Positions 33,576 through 44,852 of a DNA stretch of 64,000 nt are shown here, piece by piece. The notes under the pieces are model-generated. The model was not told where the DNA came from and did no database searches. It worked only from the letters and a program-made list of their open reading frames with translations. The translations under genes were made by a program, and so were the position numbers. How positions within the stretch are numbered: the first letter of the stretch is position 1; the number at the start of each line of letters is the position of its first letter. The DNA is from Vairimorpha necatrix (Eukaryota), in NCBI GenBank assembly GCA_036630325.1, contig CP142728.1, positions 1,178,001-1,242,000 of the forward strand. Reading direction: 5' to 3'.

Positions 33576-35021
33576 ATGGAACAAGAAATTGATGATCTCT
33601 TCATTTCTGACAAATCTGTAGACTATACAGACAAATCAATAGAAGATCTAAACAAAAACATAGAAAATTTTAAAACTATAATTCCTTATATAGATCTTAT
33701 AAAAAATAAAATATCATCTGTAGATACAAATTTTGAATTGTATAATGTAAAATTAGAAAAATTAGCTACTGAAATGAAAAATATTGAAGAAGAAAATACA
33801 AAATTAGAAAATGAAATTTTTTATCAAACATCAATATATGAAAATTTGAAAGATTTATTATTAAAATTACAACTAAAAGAAGAACATTTCATTACTTTAG
33901 AAACAGAAACATTTACAAATCAAGGATTAGTAAAAATTGAAGAAGCTATTGAAAATTTGGAAAACTTTTCAGCTGAAAACTATACGATAAGAGTAGTCAA
34001 GGAGAAAAAAAATCGGATAAATGAAACTTTGGAAAAGTTTTATAAAAAATTTGTTGGTTATATAGCAAATTTGTTGGAAAACGAACAAATTGGTACAAAT
34101 TTCCAGGTTCATACAGAATTATATAAAAAATTAGAAAAATATAAATTTTTATATAAAATGTCAGAAAAATATGAAAAAAATTATACAAATCTTTGCGATT
34201 TGTATATTAATTATTCTAAAGTAAGATATAATGCAGAATTAACAGAATATCTAAAGCGCTTACTTGATCTTAACAAAGAATCAAAAAAACCAGAAAATAT
34301 CGAACAGACAATTAATACGATATTTGAAACTTATAAATTATTGATACACGTAGAATCAAATTTCTTAAAGAGTATGTCTATAAAAAGAGATATAAAAGAA
34401 ATTTTTAATAATTCAAATCAGAAAATTGTAAATTTTCTAAAAGATTTATACTTCATTTTACCTTTAGAAACTGTTTGTTACACAAATAAAAACTTAGAAG
34501 AAAATACTGAAAACGAAGAAATTTTTTATAAAAATTTTATAGAAGATCTAAAAATCTCTGTGTTAGGAAAATTAAAAAAACAATTTTTACAAAAAGAGGC
34601 GGAATTACGAGATAAAGAAAAAGGAATTGCAAGGTTTAAAAATTTTATAAAGCTGAGTAAGATGGAAGATTTTAATAATATTTTGTATAGAATTAATATT
34701 TCGAGAATACTTAGGTTAGATAATGAATCTAATATTTGGGATATAATTGATAGTAAAAGGGGACTATTCGAAATAAATTATAAAACCAATGATGATATTT
34801 ATAAAGAAGCTGATAAAGAAATAAATAAAAGATTAGAGAAATCTGTGATAGATTTCGTATTTGAACATGGGGAATTAAAAAGACAAATTAATTATTTGAA
34901 AAATGGAATAAAAGGATCTGCTATTTTTGTAAAGAATATGAAAGAACAAGTGTATGAAATAATAGAAAATAATCTGAATGATAAAGAAAAAGAAGAAGTA
35001 AAGAGTATACTTCTAGAATGA
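33576..35021 (+). CDS. Coiled-coil protein, likely exocyst Sec3
   Basis: MKNIEEENTKLE...Q..IYENLKDLL resembles the Sec3 coiled coil; cccccATG start. Confidence 0.6.
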   Translation: MEQEIDDLFISDKSVDYTDKSIEDLNKNIENFKTIIPYIDLIKNKISSVDTNFELYNVKLEKLATEMKNIEEENTKLENEIFYQTSIYENLKDLLLKLQLKEEHFITLETETFTNQGLVKIEEAIENLENFSAENYTIRVVKEKKNRINETLEKFYKKFVGYIANLLENEQIGTNFQVHTELYKKLEKYKFLYKMSEKYEKNYTNLCDLYINYSKVRYNAELTEYLKRLLDLNKESKKPENIEQTINTIFETYKLLIHVESNFLKSMSIKRDIKEIFNNSNQKIVNFLKDLYFILPLETVCYTNKNLEENTENEEIFYKNFIEDLKISVLGKLKKQFLQKEAELRDKEKGIARFKNFIKLSKMEDFNNILYRINISRILRLDNESNIWDIIDSKRGLFEINYKTNDDIYKEADKEINKRLEKSVIDFVFEHGELKRQINYLKNGIKGSAIFVKNMKEQVYEIIENNLNDKEKEEVKSILLE

Positions 35022-35462
35022 ATAAATTATTATTGTATAATATTTGGCAATTAAAAACACTATTATTAACATTAAAACCTAGTCTATATGGTTTTAGTAT
35101 TCAAAAAAACTTCTTGTCAAAGATGTAAATGTTTTTTTTTATTTTAAACCAATTAGATAATTTTTTTAAGGATAAAAATATTTTTACAATATTTGATTTT
35201 ATTGAAAAAAAACTTTACCTAATTTAAAAATCATTTACTCATTACACAATAGATTTATTTTATAAAAAATTGTTATATGTTTACTTTTATTTTGATTTGA
35301 AATTTTTTTTGTTTTAAAACAAACAAATTGCTGATTTGTTTCAACTATCAATAGACCACATTTCTGTAAATTCCAATTATAGATTAGTTCCTATATTTTA
35401 GTTTGTTATGTTACGTGTAAAAAAACAAATAATAAATATTTTTAAAAAAAACTCTCTTTTTA

Positions 35463-37538
35463 ATGTGCAACTTTGATCATCTCTTAAAAAAACTTCATGA
35501 AGCTCTGCCTAAAGTAACTGGACTAGAAAAAGAAAGTATACAATACAAAATCAATAAAATTGAAGAACAAAAAAATGATTTCGACAATAATTTTAATATT
35601 TCCACATGTAAACTTGTCACAAGTGATCAATTACAGAACAAAATTTTAATTGAAAAAAACTTAATAAAAGGTTATCGTAAATTAATAGAAGAAGACAGTC
35701 TTTTATATCAAGTAGCTAAAGACAGATTAGATATAAGCAAATATAAAGTACTTACATATGAAAAGATGCTTAATAAAATTACGCCATTTTTTAATAGTAA
35801 ATTTGAAAAGGTTTACGGATGTGTAGAATTCGAATTTAATAAATTCGAGTTCGATCCAATTTTCGAAATCGAGAAAGTTCATTTCTACGTTGATTCGGTC
35901 TTAAGAGTTATTTACGATATTGATAAATCAACAAATAAAATCTTAGAATTGACATTTGAATGTGGTACTGAAGTCGAAATATTTTTAATAAGTGATTTTT
36001 CTATAATACTAGGATCAATATTAATACCTTGCGATTTCTTTATTGACAAAGAGAATACATTTATAAATATAGATTTCGGGAATTTTAATTACATTTACAC
36101 TAAGGTAACATTTAAAAAAGAGATAAAATTAATAAGAAAAAATGCTGGTGTTGTTTGTGCATATAAAAATGGTCATGGTCTTGAAACACAAGGCGTATAT
36201 TCTCCAAAATTATGTGGTGTATGTCATACATTTTTACCAATGTTTATTAGTTGTTACAAATGTTTTAGATGTAAATTTGTTTGCCATAAAAAATGCTCAG
36301 ACGTCATACTTTTTGCGTGCAAAATGGGCAACGTAGAGTCAAAAACACTTTGGCACAATAATTATGGAATATCGCATACATTAGAAAAAAAAGATTTAAG
36401 TGGGTTTAGATACTGTTACCATTGTGGGGAAAGAATACATGACCAATTTGTATTAAATTGTACTAGATGTGATCATTCTTTTCATTTATCGTGTGAAGAT
36501 TTTTTATTTGATTCGTGTCAACTTGATCTGAATTTGCGAACTATAATGTCGAAATTCATACCAAAAAGATCTAAAATTAATTATAACGAACAGAACTATA
36601 AAATACAAGACTTTCAATTATTAAGAACTTTGGGTAAAGGCAATTTTGGTCGTGTCATAATCGCCAGATATAAAGGCGAAGAAATTGTTGCTCTAAAAAT
36701 TATTAGGAAAGATCAAATGGTTTGTACCAATGAAGCCAAATATGTAGATATAGAACGAAAAGTTTTAAAAATTGGTACACAATGTCATCATCCTTTTCTA
36801 ACACACATGTATTATTGTTTTCAAGATAAAAAAAATATTTATTTTGCTCTTGAATATTTGTCAGGAGGTGATTTGTTCCACCACGTGTCAAAAAAAAAAT
36901 TTTCATTGAAAAATATAAAACTTTTCGCGTGCGAAATTCTAATGGGATTAGAGTTTTTACATAAAAATGAAGTTATTTACAGAGATTTGAAACTTAATAA
37001 TATTTTGTTGACTAGAGATGGACACATAAAACTTTGCGATTTCGGTCTCTGTAAAGAAAATATGAAGCCTCAGAATATTACATACACATTCTGCGGGACA
37101 CTTGACACTATTGCACCTGAAATAATAAAAAATGAAGGATACACGAATTTAGTAGATTTGTGGTCTTATGGGGTGATTTTATATGAGTTGTACACTAAAA
37201 CTCCACCTTTTTCAGGTATTACACATAGAGAGATTTGTAAATCTATTACTGAATCAGAGCCCGATTATAAAGAAGGTATTCCCGAAGATGCAGTAGATTT
37301 GATTAAAAAATTATTAGTTAAAGATCCCAGTAAAAGAATAACATTAAATGAAATGAAGACTCATAAGTATTTTGATGGAACTAATTGGAATGATGTTTTT
37401 AATATGAAGATTACTCCTGATTTTATACCAGGTAGTTGTATATCTAATTTTGATAGTGAGTTTATATCAGATTTGATTTTATTACCTAAGAGTAATGAAG
37501 CTGAACAATTTGACGAATTTTTCGAAAATATTAAATGA
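35463..37538 (+). CDS. PKC1: Protein kinase C
   Basis: Pseudosubstrate LIRKNAG, two C1 domains and AGC kinase domain (LGKGNFG, HPFL, YRDLKL, TFCGT). Confidence 0.93.
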   Translation: MCNFDHLLKKLHEALPKVTGLEKESIQYKINKIEEQKNDFDNNFNISTCKLVTSDQLQNKILIEKNLIKGYRKLIEEDSLLYQVAKDRLDISKYKVLTYEKMLNKITPFFNSKFEKVYGCVEFEFNKFEFDPIFEIEKVHFYVDSVLRVIYDIDKSTNKILELTFECGTEVEIFLISDFSIILGSILIPCDFFIDKENTFINIDFGNFNYIYTKVTFKKEIKLIRKNAGVVCAYKNGHGLETQGVYSPKLCGVCHTFLPMFISCYKCFRCKFVCHKKCSDVILFACKMGNVESKTLWHNNYGISHTLEKKDLSGFRYCYHCGERIHDQFVLNCTRCDHSFHLSCEDFLFDSCQLDLNLRTIMSKFIPKRSKINYNEQNYKIQDFQLLRTLGKGNFGRVIIARYKGEEIVALKIIRKDQMVCTNEAKYVDIERKVLKIGTQCHHPFLTHMYYCFQDKKNIYFALEYLSGGDLFHHVSKKKFSLKNIKLFACEILMGLEFLHKNEVIYRDLKLNNILLTRDGHIKLCDFGLCKENMKPQNITYTFCGTLDTIAPEIIKNEGYTNLVDLWSYGVILYELYTKTPPFSGITHREICKSITESEPDYKEGIPEDAVDLIKKLLVKDPSKRITLNEMKTHKYFDGTNWNDVFNMKITPDFIPGSCISNFDSEFISDLILLPKSNEAEQFDEFFENIK

Positions 37539-37744
37539 TCTTTACTTATTTAGAATTGAATTGTAAAAAAATCTTTTATTTTGTCATTTAAATAATTTGT
37601 TGTATTTTTTTTAAATTGTAAAATTTTTTTTTTATGATTCGTTATTTTTTATCATAAAAAACATATAATGAATTTAAACTATAGTATTAATAGGATTTTT
37701 TTTAATGTATAGTTCAATTTATATAGACATATGTAAAAACAAAT

Positions 37745-37995
37745 TTTTTTTATTGTATAATAATTATAATGGACATATATAGGTTCTCTAAAATTTCAAT
37801 TGTAAAATTATCAAATAATTTTTAATTGTATAATAATTATAAATAGACATATTTAAATGTCATTAAAATTTTTATTGTATAATAATTATACATGGACATA
37901 TATAGGTTCTCTAAAATTTCAATTGTAATATTGTCAAATTTTTTTTATTATATGTAAAATTTTTGTTGACATATATAAATGTTAATAAAAATTTT
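37745..37995. repeat. Degenerate tandem repeat, ~123-bp period
   Basis: attgtataataattata..atggacatatataggttctctaaaatttcaattgtaa occurs at ~37752 and ~37875, with a related subunit between them. Confidence 0.8.
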
Positions 37996-38162
37996 AATAA
38001 TAGTGTCTAAAATTTTTATTTAGTTAATTATATATAGACGTTTAACATGTATTTTAGTAGAAATGTTGTTTAAATTTTTTTTTACATATATAATCACGAT
38101 GTGGTTTATTTTTTGGAGTATTTTTTATTGATCTATTATAAAGCGGGTTTTTTTTGTTTTAT

Positions 38163-38966
38163 TTACACCTCTTCATAGTTTTTATTAGAATACCTACAAT
38201 AAGGACATCTAGAAGATTGTTCACACAACCATTTATCTACACATGTCTTATGAAAATAATGATTACAAAACAATATTCTCAATTCTTCATCATCATCATA
38301 TACCTCAAAGCATATCAAGCACGAATCTTCTTTTTGTTCTTTTATATCTTTAAATTTTATAACTTTAAATCTTTCTAGTTCTATTTCTGTTACTATTGGG
38401 TTTACTGTCGAATAAGCCCCACATATTATAAATAATATACTAGTCATACATATAAATATTACTAGTAGACATGTATAAATCCCAAATCCATTTACATATG
38501 ACACTACTTCTTTTTTATTATATTCCATTACTATTTTAGATCTATTAAATATCATTATTAATATTTCTTCACTTATTTCTTCGTCTAGTAAGAAATAGTT
38601 TTCTTCGCTTGCGTATAACGCAAGTTTAAGATACCATCTTTCTAATATAACTTCTTTTCTTATCTTTTTATTAGTTAGATAGAATATTGTATTACATTTC
38701 GGGATTAAAATGTTTATATTGTCTAGTGTTATATTTGGACCAATGAAGAGACAAGTCTCTTCTGGAGATGAAGGCAAATCTTGTGAAGATCTAGTGACTA
38801 TCTCGTTGTCTATTTTGTCTATATAAAAATAATTTAGAATTTTGAAGTCTCCATTTTTATTGTGGAGACTTAAGAGAGATTTGTAGTGGAGACTTTGTAC
38901 AGTGGACTCGAAGAATGAAGAGGAATTTAGTGATATGTACCATGATAAATAATTTAACAGGGACAT
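38163..38966 (-). CDS. Membrane-anchored RING-H2 E3 ubiquitin ligase
   Basis: TM followed by CLIC..CNHYFHKTC..W..CPYC; first ATG at 38966. Confidence 0.88.
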   Translation of the reverse strand: MSLLNYLSWYISLNSSSFFESTVQSLHYKSLLSLHNKNGDFKILNYFYIDKIDNEIVTRSSQDLPSSPEETCLFIGPNITLDNINILIPKCNTIFYLTNKKIRKEVILERWYLKLALYASEENYFLLDEEISEEILIMIFNRSKIVMEYNKKEVVSYVNGFGIYTCLLVIFICMTSILFIICGAYSTVNPIVTEIELERFKVIKFKDIKEQKEDSCLICFEVYDDDEELRILFCNHYFHKTCVDKWLCEQSSRCPYCRYSNKNYEEV

Positions 38967-39397
38967 ACTTTGTTTATCAACAAACAAAATTTAAATAAAC
39001 TTGAAAATAAACAATATAATAAGATTTTATAAATTAAAATTAAATTGATTTTAAAATACATTTTAGTCTGTATTATGTAAAATATTTTGCATAAATTAGA
39101 TTTTATTATAAATATTTTAAATTTGCATAAATTATATTTTAAGTTAGTATAATTTTATTATTAATTTTATTATATTAAAGATGTAGTATCTTAAATGTAA
39201 TAATTTATTAAACTACATCGTGCTAATTAATTCAATTGATATTTTAATAGCATAAATAAAATACAATTTGCATAAATAAAATATAAAATTTACATAAATA
39301 AATATAAAATGCATAAATAAATATAATATGTATAATTATAAAATGCATAAATAAATATAATTTCAAATTGTGTTTTTCTCATACCCCCCTTTTTATT

Positions 39398-40009
39398 ATG
39401 AGTTCTTCTTATAAATGCCAATATTGTAAATCTCAAGTTCTTGATAATTATTGTTCATCATGCAGATCACATTTCATTTTACTAAACAACAATCAGAAAT
39501 ATGTTTCTGTAGACATGGACGATCTTGATTATCTTTCTCTTTCTGATAAACTCTGCCCTTCTTGTACTATTTATTACAATACTCAAAATTATATTATATG
39601 TTCATCATTTATTGATTATTTTAAGAAGTTGAAGTTTTGTCACAAATGTAAAAATGATAATTCCAAATTTATAAGAAATATGTTTTATAAGAATTTCTTA
39701 TTTTATAGAAGATTGAGTTGTTTTAGTAAGAAGTTTATAATTTTTTATTTATTTTTGTTTTCTTTTTTTAATGAGTTTTTGGTTTTTTATATTTTTAGTT
39801 TTTTTATTAATTTTAAGTCTTTTGGTTTTTTTGAAAATTGTTTTTTAAATATTTTGGGCTTGTTTAGGAAGTACAAGTTTTTTAGATTTTTTTATTTATT
39901 TTTTGTGTGTTTTTTTATGAAGAGAAAGAAGAGGTTTCTTTTTCATATGCCTATAAATTTAGAAAAGTCTGTTATTTTAGACAAGCACATTAAAGATCTA
40001 AGAATATAA
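39398..40009 (+). CDS. Cys-rich membrane protein, possibly Ima1/TMEM201-like
   Basis: Four CxxC pairs then hydrophobic segments; ATG after CCCCCC. The family call is tentative. Confidence 0.55.
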   Translation: MSSSYKCQYCKSQVLDNYCSSCRSHFILLNNNQKYVSVDMDDLDYLSLSDKLCPSCTIYYNTQNYIICSSFIDYFKKLKFCHKCKNDNSKFIRNMFYKNFLFYRRLSCFSKKFIIFYLFLFSFFNEFLVFYIFSFFINFKSFGFFENCFLNILGLFRKYKFFRFFYLFFVCFFMKRKKRFLFHMPINLEKSVILDKHIKDLRI

Positions 40010-40281
40010 AACTTTTAATATATCAATATCTTATACGTATATATTATTTATAAATATATTTTAAGTATAGTCTTATATCTTAAACGTATAGTCTTAGATC
40101 TTATTTATAATATCTTATACAATGTATCTTATACGTATAGTCTTATATCGTTTTTAAAATATCTTATAGATCTTTTCTTATACAATACATATAATCTTAG
40201 AACTTATACAATACATCTTAATTATAATATCCTATACAATACATCATATTTATAAATATCTTATATAATGTATCTTCCCTT

Positions 40282-43200
40282 TTACATTATGTTATTTATG
40301 ATCATATTAATTATCTCCAATTTGACTTCTCCTCCTTTATTTATTTTATATTCTAATAGTGCCTTTTTGACTATACTCCTGTTCTCATATATTAAATAAT
40401 TATATATTAAATAATTCACTACTCTTTCTTTATCTTCTTCTTTTATAAATTCATAAATCTCATTTATTCTTTCTATACTCTTTATATTATTCTGACTCAT
40501 TAGTACACTAAGAAGTCTGTCATATTTCTTTATATTTTTATAAGTTACTTCTACTATATTTTTATAATTCTTCTTCTCTATTAATACTTGTAATTCATCA
40601 TCTTCTAATTTACTAAATACTTTCTTGTATAAATTTATATCAGTTTTGTTTGTATTGACTAAATATAAATATATTATATTTATATTAAATGTACTCAGAT
40701 CTAAATTCGGAATATTCTGGAGGAGATAAATTATTCCTTCTTTGTATTCTGAGATATTATTTATGAGATGGAGGAGAAGAGTCCTCTTCTCCTCCTCACT
40801 TAATATTTCCAGTATAGTGAGATTATTAGATAATTCTTTCTTGTACATGAGGAGATTGTAGACATGATTGGGATTATCTTTTAATATTTGGATATTCAAA
40901 TTATGACTCAAATATTCATAAACGAAATCTCTATCTTTTTCAATTAGTAAACCCACTAAAACTTCACTAGATTTATTATCAAAACTAGATATACTAGATA
41001 TATTAGATATATTATCTAAGACTATATTAGTTGTATCTAAATCTATAAAAGATGTATTAGTTGTATTAGACTTATCTAAGACTATATTAGTTGTACTAAT
41101 ATTAGATATATTGTTTTGGGTTAGATATTCCTTCGTTTCTTGTATTAATTTATTCTTCTTTATTCCTTCTACTAATAGTAAAGGGTATATCTTCTTATAT
41201 CTCTTACTATATTCATAATCTATTATTCCTGAATATTTACTAATTAATTCACTTATCACATTACTCGCTATATCTTGAATATCTTCATAATATAAATCAA
41301 GATATCTTAAGATATCTTGATATATTCTCTTAAGGAGTATATTATAATTCTCTACTTTGTTCTTTAATACTTCTGTGACTCTTTTCCTTATTAAAGCATT
41401 TGTATCATATTTATAAATATAAAGAACTGTAAGAACATTATCATCAAGTGTATGATGTAATATTTCTATACATGATAATCTTGTACTTATATTTATAAAT
41501 GATTCTCTTATAATAAATTCTTCTACTTGTTTCGTCTTTATTAATTTCTTAAATGCTTCTACTGCTATCTTGTTCTCTCTGGAAATATAAATCTTCTTTA
41601 GTACGGGGAGGAATTCCTCTAAATATTTGTAGAAGATTTCTAAGTCAAAAGCATAAGCCAAGAAATTCGGCCTATTTATCAGGGGCTCATTTTCCTTAGT
41701 CTTTTTCCTGAATATTTTCTCATTTAAAATATCGTCATTTATGATTTTTAATATTTCCACTAAGAAATATCCAACTCTTAAATCTTTATCAATATTTTCA
41801 ACCAATAAATCTAATTCATCATCTATTATAAATTTATTATCTTCTATAAATTCGTCTTTTAATTGTTTAATATTTGTTTCTATTAAGTCTCTACATTCTT
41901 TTATATAATAATTATTCTGTATTACAAATATACTCAAAATATTAATTATCTCTTTCTTATAATATTCCTTATTTATCACTAACTTCTCTATCTTACTCAA
42001 TATTATAAATATATATTCTTTATAATCTTTAATATATCTCCTTACTAATTCTAATATAAAATATAAACTTGTATCATCAATCATATAATTAAATTGTAGA
42101 CTCAGAATACTCAGTAGAGTATTCTGAGTATTCATTTTATTAATAAATGACTCAATAATCTGACTCTTAAGATTATTTATCTCTGTATTGATACATTTCA
42201 TATTATTCAGGAGTCTCTTACTTTCTTGGACACAAGATAAATTTGTATCATTAAGTAAACTAATTAGAAGTTTTATGTATGAGAAATCTAAAGAAGAAAT
42301 AAACTTGAGAATGTATCTGAAATATTTGGGATCTAGATCTAAGACATAAACTAAGTACTTATTATTGAGATAGTACATGTAGTCAGAGTCTGCCTTATCA
42401 TTTATATAATGACGTATTAACACGTCACTATATTTATAAAATAAATATAAGCCGTCATTATAGCGAATGTGATAGACGAGATTTAAAAGATAAACTTTGT
42501 CCTCCGTCAAATTATCTAAGTCAGCGAATAAAGCCGTGGCTACCTTATAAATAAGATTATTATCTATATTGTCTTTTATATTTATAATATCTATATTGTC
42601 TTTTATATTTATAATATCTAAATTGTCTTTTATATTTATAATATCTAAATTGTCTTTATCCTTTATAATATCTATATTGTCTTTTATATCATCTTGATTT
42701 TCTCTGTTGTATTTGTTGATTATTGTGTGGATATTCTTCCCTTCTTCAAGGGTACAAGTACTCGGATTTATACTCTGGAAATATCTCCTTGTAAATTTAG
42801 AGTGACTAATACAATACTTAAAGAACAAAGGAGTGTCCTTGACTTTATTATAAATTTCATCTGACTCAAAATTCTCTAAAATAAATATTTTATATTCTTG
42901 AAAATCCAAATTTGAAGTTTCTATATCAAATATTCTAATATCTACACTATTACTAGTATTTATATCTAATCTAGCACTATTAATAGTATTAGTGTTATGT
43001 ATTTGGTCTCTAAGGATCTTATAATATATTCCGCGCTCATCTTCATATTTATTTAGTAAGTTTGTTACAAGTTTGTTTGTAGACAAACAAAGTGCTCTCT
43101 GTATCATCTCATCTCTCAAATATGTATCCTTATATCTTTCTATATCTTCTATCTCTATGTCTCGTATTAAGAAATCATCTGGTATATTCTTAATGTTCTT

Positions 43201-44292
43201 TATATTTCTCTTTAGATATTCTATCATATTAGTATTTACCAGTGTATAATACAAGGACTGGTCTAATACTCCATATGATTCATCAAGAGATATTAATTTA
43301 TCAAGATATTCTGTGTCTTTATAAGTGCAGAGGATTATAATAATTAAATCTAGTAGAAGAATATCGCAGTCTCTATAAAATAAGGACTCTAAATTTATAT
43401 TCTTAATTATGTCTCTAATAGAATTATTTGTATCTATCTTATAGACATTTATATTATAAATATATTCCTTGTTAAGGTTTATGTTAATTTTGTTTCTTAA
43501 ACAGAAATTATATATTTGTAAATGTGGATAATATTTATAATCTCTTACAACTCCATTCTCAAAATACTCTTCTAGTCTCATTTTATTAATTCTCAAATAA
43601 AACTCAAAATCATCTCTTTTCACATATTTAATCAAAAACATATTCTTTTTAAATCCTTGTCTAATCGCATAATCTCTAAAAACTTCATATTTCATTAATT
43701 CTTCTTTAACATTACAAATATCAAATCTTAAAGATTTAATCATCTTTATAAAATATGATATATCCATATCTACTTCTATAATATTTGAGACTATATCTTC
43801 GGGTAAGAACTCTTTATAATAATCAAGAAATCTTGATACTATTTTTGGTACATACAAATTATTTTGTAAATATTTTTTCATTTCTTTGAATTTTGAAAAT
43901 TTATGCTGTTTAGAATTTTCCAAAAATTTATGCTGTTTTAAAATTCGGCGAAAAATAAATACGAAATATTTATTTGTAGAAAACTTTTCAAGAAAAGTTA
44001 AAAGCTTCAAATTATTATTAGAAATAATGTAAGATAATAATTCGGAAATAAGCTTGTCTTGGAAAGGCAAATTGAAATGTAATTTTAAGGAGTAAAATTT
44101 TATGTCATCTTGTTGTAAGAGAGAGGAAATTATGATGGGTGGTAAATATTTAAGGAATCTGAGTTTGTTGTGTTCTAAGATTTTATACAAACAAACTTGG
44201 ATTTTAGTACTTTCGGGGAGTGAGTGGAGATTTTTGGAATATTTTTTTATGAGCAGGGGATTTAATTTTGATGGTTCAAAAAGAAGATTCAT
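40282..44292 (-). CDS. Large helical-repeat protein, likely divergent Gcn1
   Basis: TRLSCIEIL and LYIYKYDTNALIRKRVTEVLKNKVEN..LLKRI parallel the Gcn1 segments IRxSSVQLL and LYxxRSDxxxxVRxAxxxVWKxxVxNTPRTLxEI. Confidence 0.65.
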   Translation of the reverse strand: MNLLFEPSKLNPLLIKKYSKNLHSLPESTKIQVCLYKILEHNKLRFLKYLPPIIISSLLQQDDIKFYSLKLHFNLPFQDKLISELLSYIISNNNLKLLTFLEKFSTNKYFVFIFRRILKQHKFLENSKQHKFSKFKEMKKYLQNNLYVPKIVSRFLDYYKEFLPEDIVSNIIEVDMDISYFIKMIKSLRFDICNVKEELMKYEVFRDYAIRQGFKKNMFLIKYVKRDDFEFYLRINKMRLEEYFENGVVRDYKYYPHLQIYNFCLRNKININLNKEYIYNINVYKIDTNNSIRDIIKNINLESLFYRDCDILLLDLIIIILCTYKDTEYLDKLISLDESYGVLDQSLYYTLVNTNMIEYLKRNIKNIKNIPDDFLIRDIEIEDIERYKDTYLRDEMIQRALCLSTNKLVTNLLNKYEDERGIYYKILRDQIHNTNTINSARLDINTSNSVDIRIFDIETSNLDFQEYKIFILENFESDEIYNKVKDTPLFFKYCISHSKFTRRYFQSINPSTCTLEEGKNIHTIINKYNRENQDDIKDNIDIIKDKDNLDIINIKDNLDIINIKDNIDIINIKDNIDNNLIYKVATALFADLDNLTEDKVYLLNLVYHIRYNDGLYLFYKYSDVLIRHYINDKADSDYMYYLNNKYLVYVLDLDPKYFRYILKFISSLDFSYIKLLISLLNDTNLSCVQESKRLLNNMKCINTEINNLKSQIIESFINKMNTQNTLLSILSLQFNYMIDDTSLYFILELVRRYIKDYKEYIFIILSKIEKLVINKEYYKKEIINILSIFVIQNNYYIKECRDLIETNIKQLKDEFIEDNKFIIDDELDLLVENIDKDLRVGYFLVEILKIINDDILNEKIFRKKTKENEPLINRPNFLAYAFDLEIFYKYLEEFLPVLKKIYISRENKIAVEAFKKLIKTKQVEEFIIRESFINISTRLSCIEILHHTLDDNVLTVLYIYKYDTNALIRKRVTEVLKNKVENYNILLKRIYQDILRYLDLYYEDIQDIASNVISELISKYSGIIDYEYSKRYKKIYPLLLVEGIKKNKLIQETKEYLTQNNISNISTTNIVLDKSNTTNTSFIDLDTTNIVLDNISNISSISSFDNKSSEVLVGLLIEKDRDFVYEYLSHNLNIQILKDNPNHVYNLLMYKKELSNNLTILEILSEEEKRTLLLHLINNISEYKEGIIYLLQNIPNLDLSTFNINIIYLYLVNTNKTDINLYKKVFSKLEDDELQVLIEKKNYKNIVEVTYKNIKKYDRLLSVLMSQNNIKSIERINEIYEFIKEEDKERVVNYLIYNYLIYENRSIVKKALLEYKINKGGEVKLEIINMIINNIM

Positions 44293-44404
44293 TTTGGGGG
44301 TAAAAAATCAAGTAATTATAAAGACAATTTATAGGAATTGATAGATAACATTTTTAGAAGTGTTTTAAGCTTCTGATTTTTTATCTTGTGTAAATATTTA
44401 AGTC

Positions 44405-44519
44405 AATCAGTCTACTAAATATTTCTAATTCAAGACAGTACGTTTTTTAAAATTATATTTAAAAAAATCAGTCTAAAAAATATTTCAATTCAAGACAGTA
44501 CGTTTTTAAAATTATATTT
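44405..44519. repeat. Tandem duplication of ~55 bp
   Basis: aatcagtcta...ttcaagacagtacgttttt..aaaattatattt at 44405 and 44466. Confidence 0.85.
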
Positions 44520-44671
44520 GAGTATCTTTGTCTATTAATATATTTGATTTGAAGTTTTATTTGTACTATTATATCATGTTGGTGTCTTTATAAAATTTAA
44601 TAAATAAACCCCTTATGCTTGTTAACTCCTTCAACATATTATTAGATTTAAGACAATTTTGTAAAATTTTT

Positions 44672-44742
44672 TGCACCAACCGGGAATCGAACCCAGGCTA
44701 ACAGCTTGGAAGGCTGTTGTCATACCACTTGACCATTGGAGC
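44672..44742 (-). tRNA. tRNA-Gly (TCC)
   Basis: The reverse complement folds as a cloverleaf with acagc-ctTCCaa-gctgt and a GTTCGAT T-loop. Confidence 0.95.
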
Positions 44743-44852
44743 TTGATTTTAAAGCTATAAAATTATATAATAAGCACAATGTTTATTAGTGGTATAAAAA
44801 ATAGAGTAATATTGTTAATTTAAAATATTTTTTTTAAACTAAATATTGTTTA

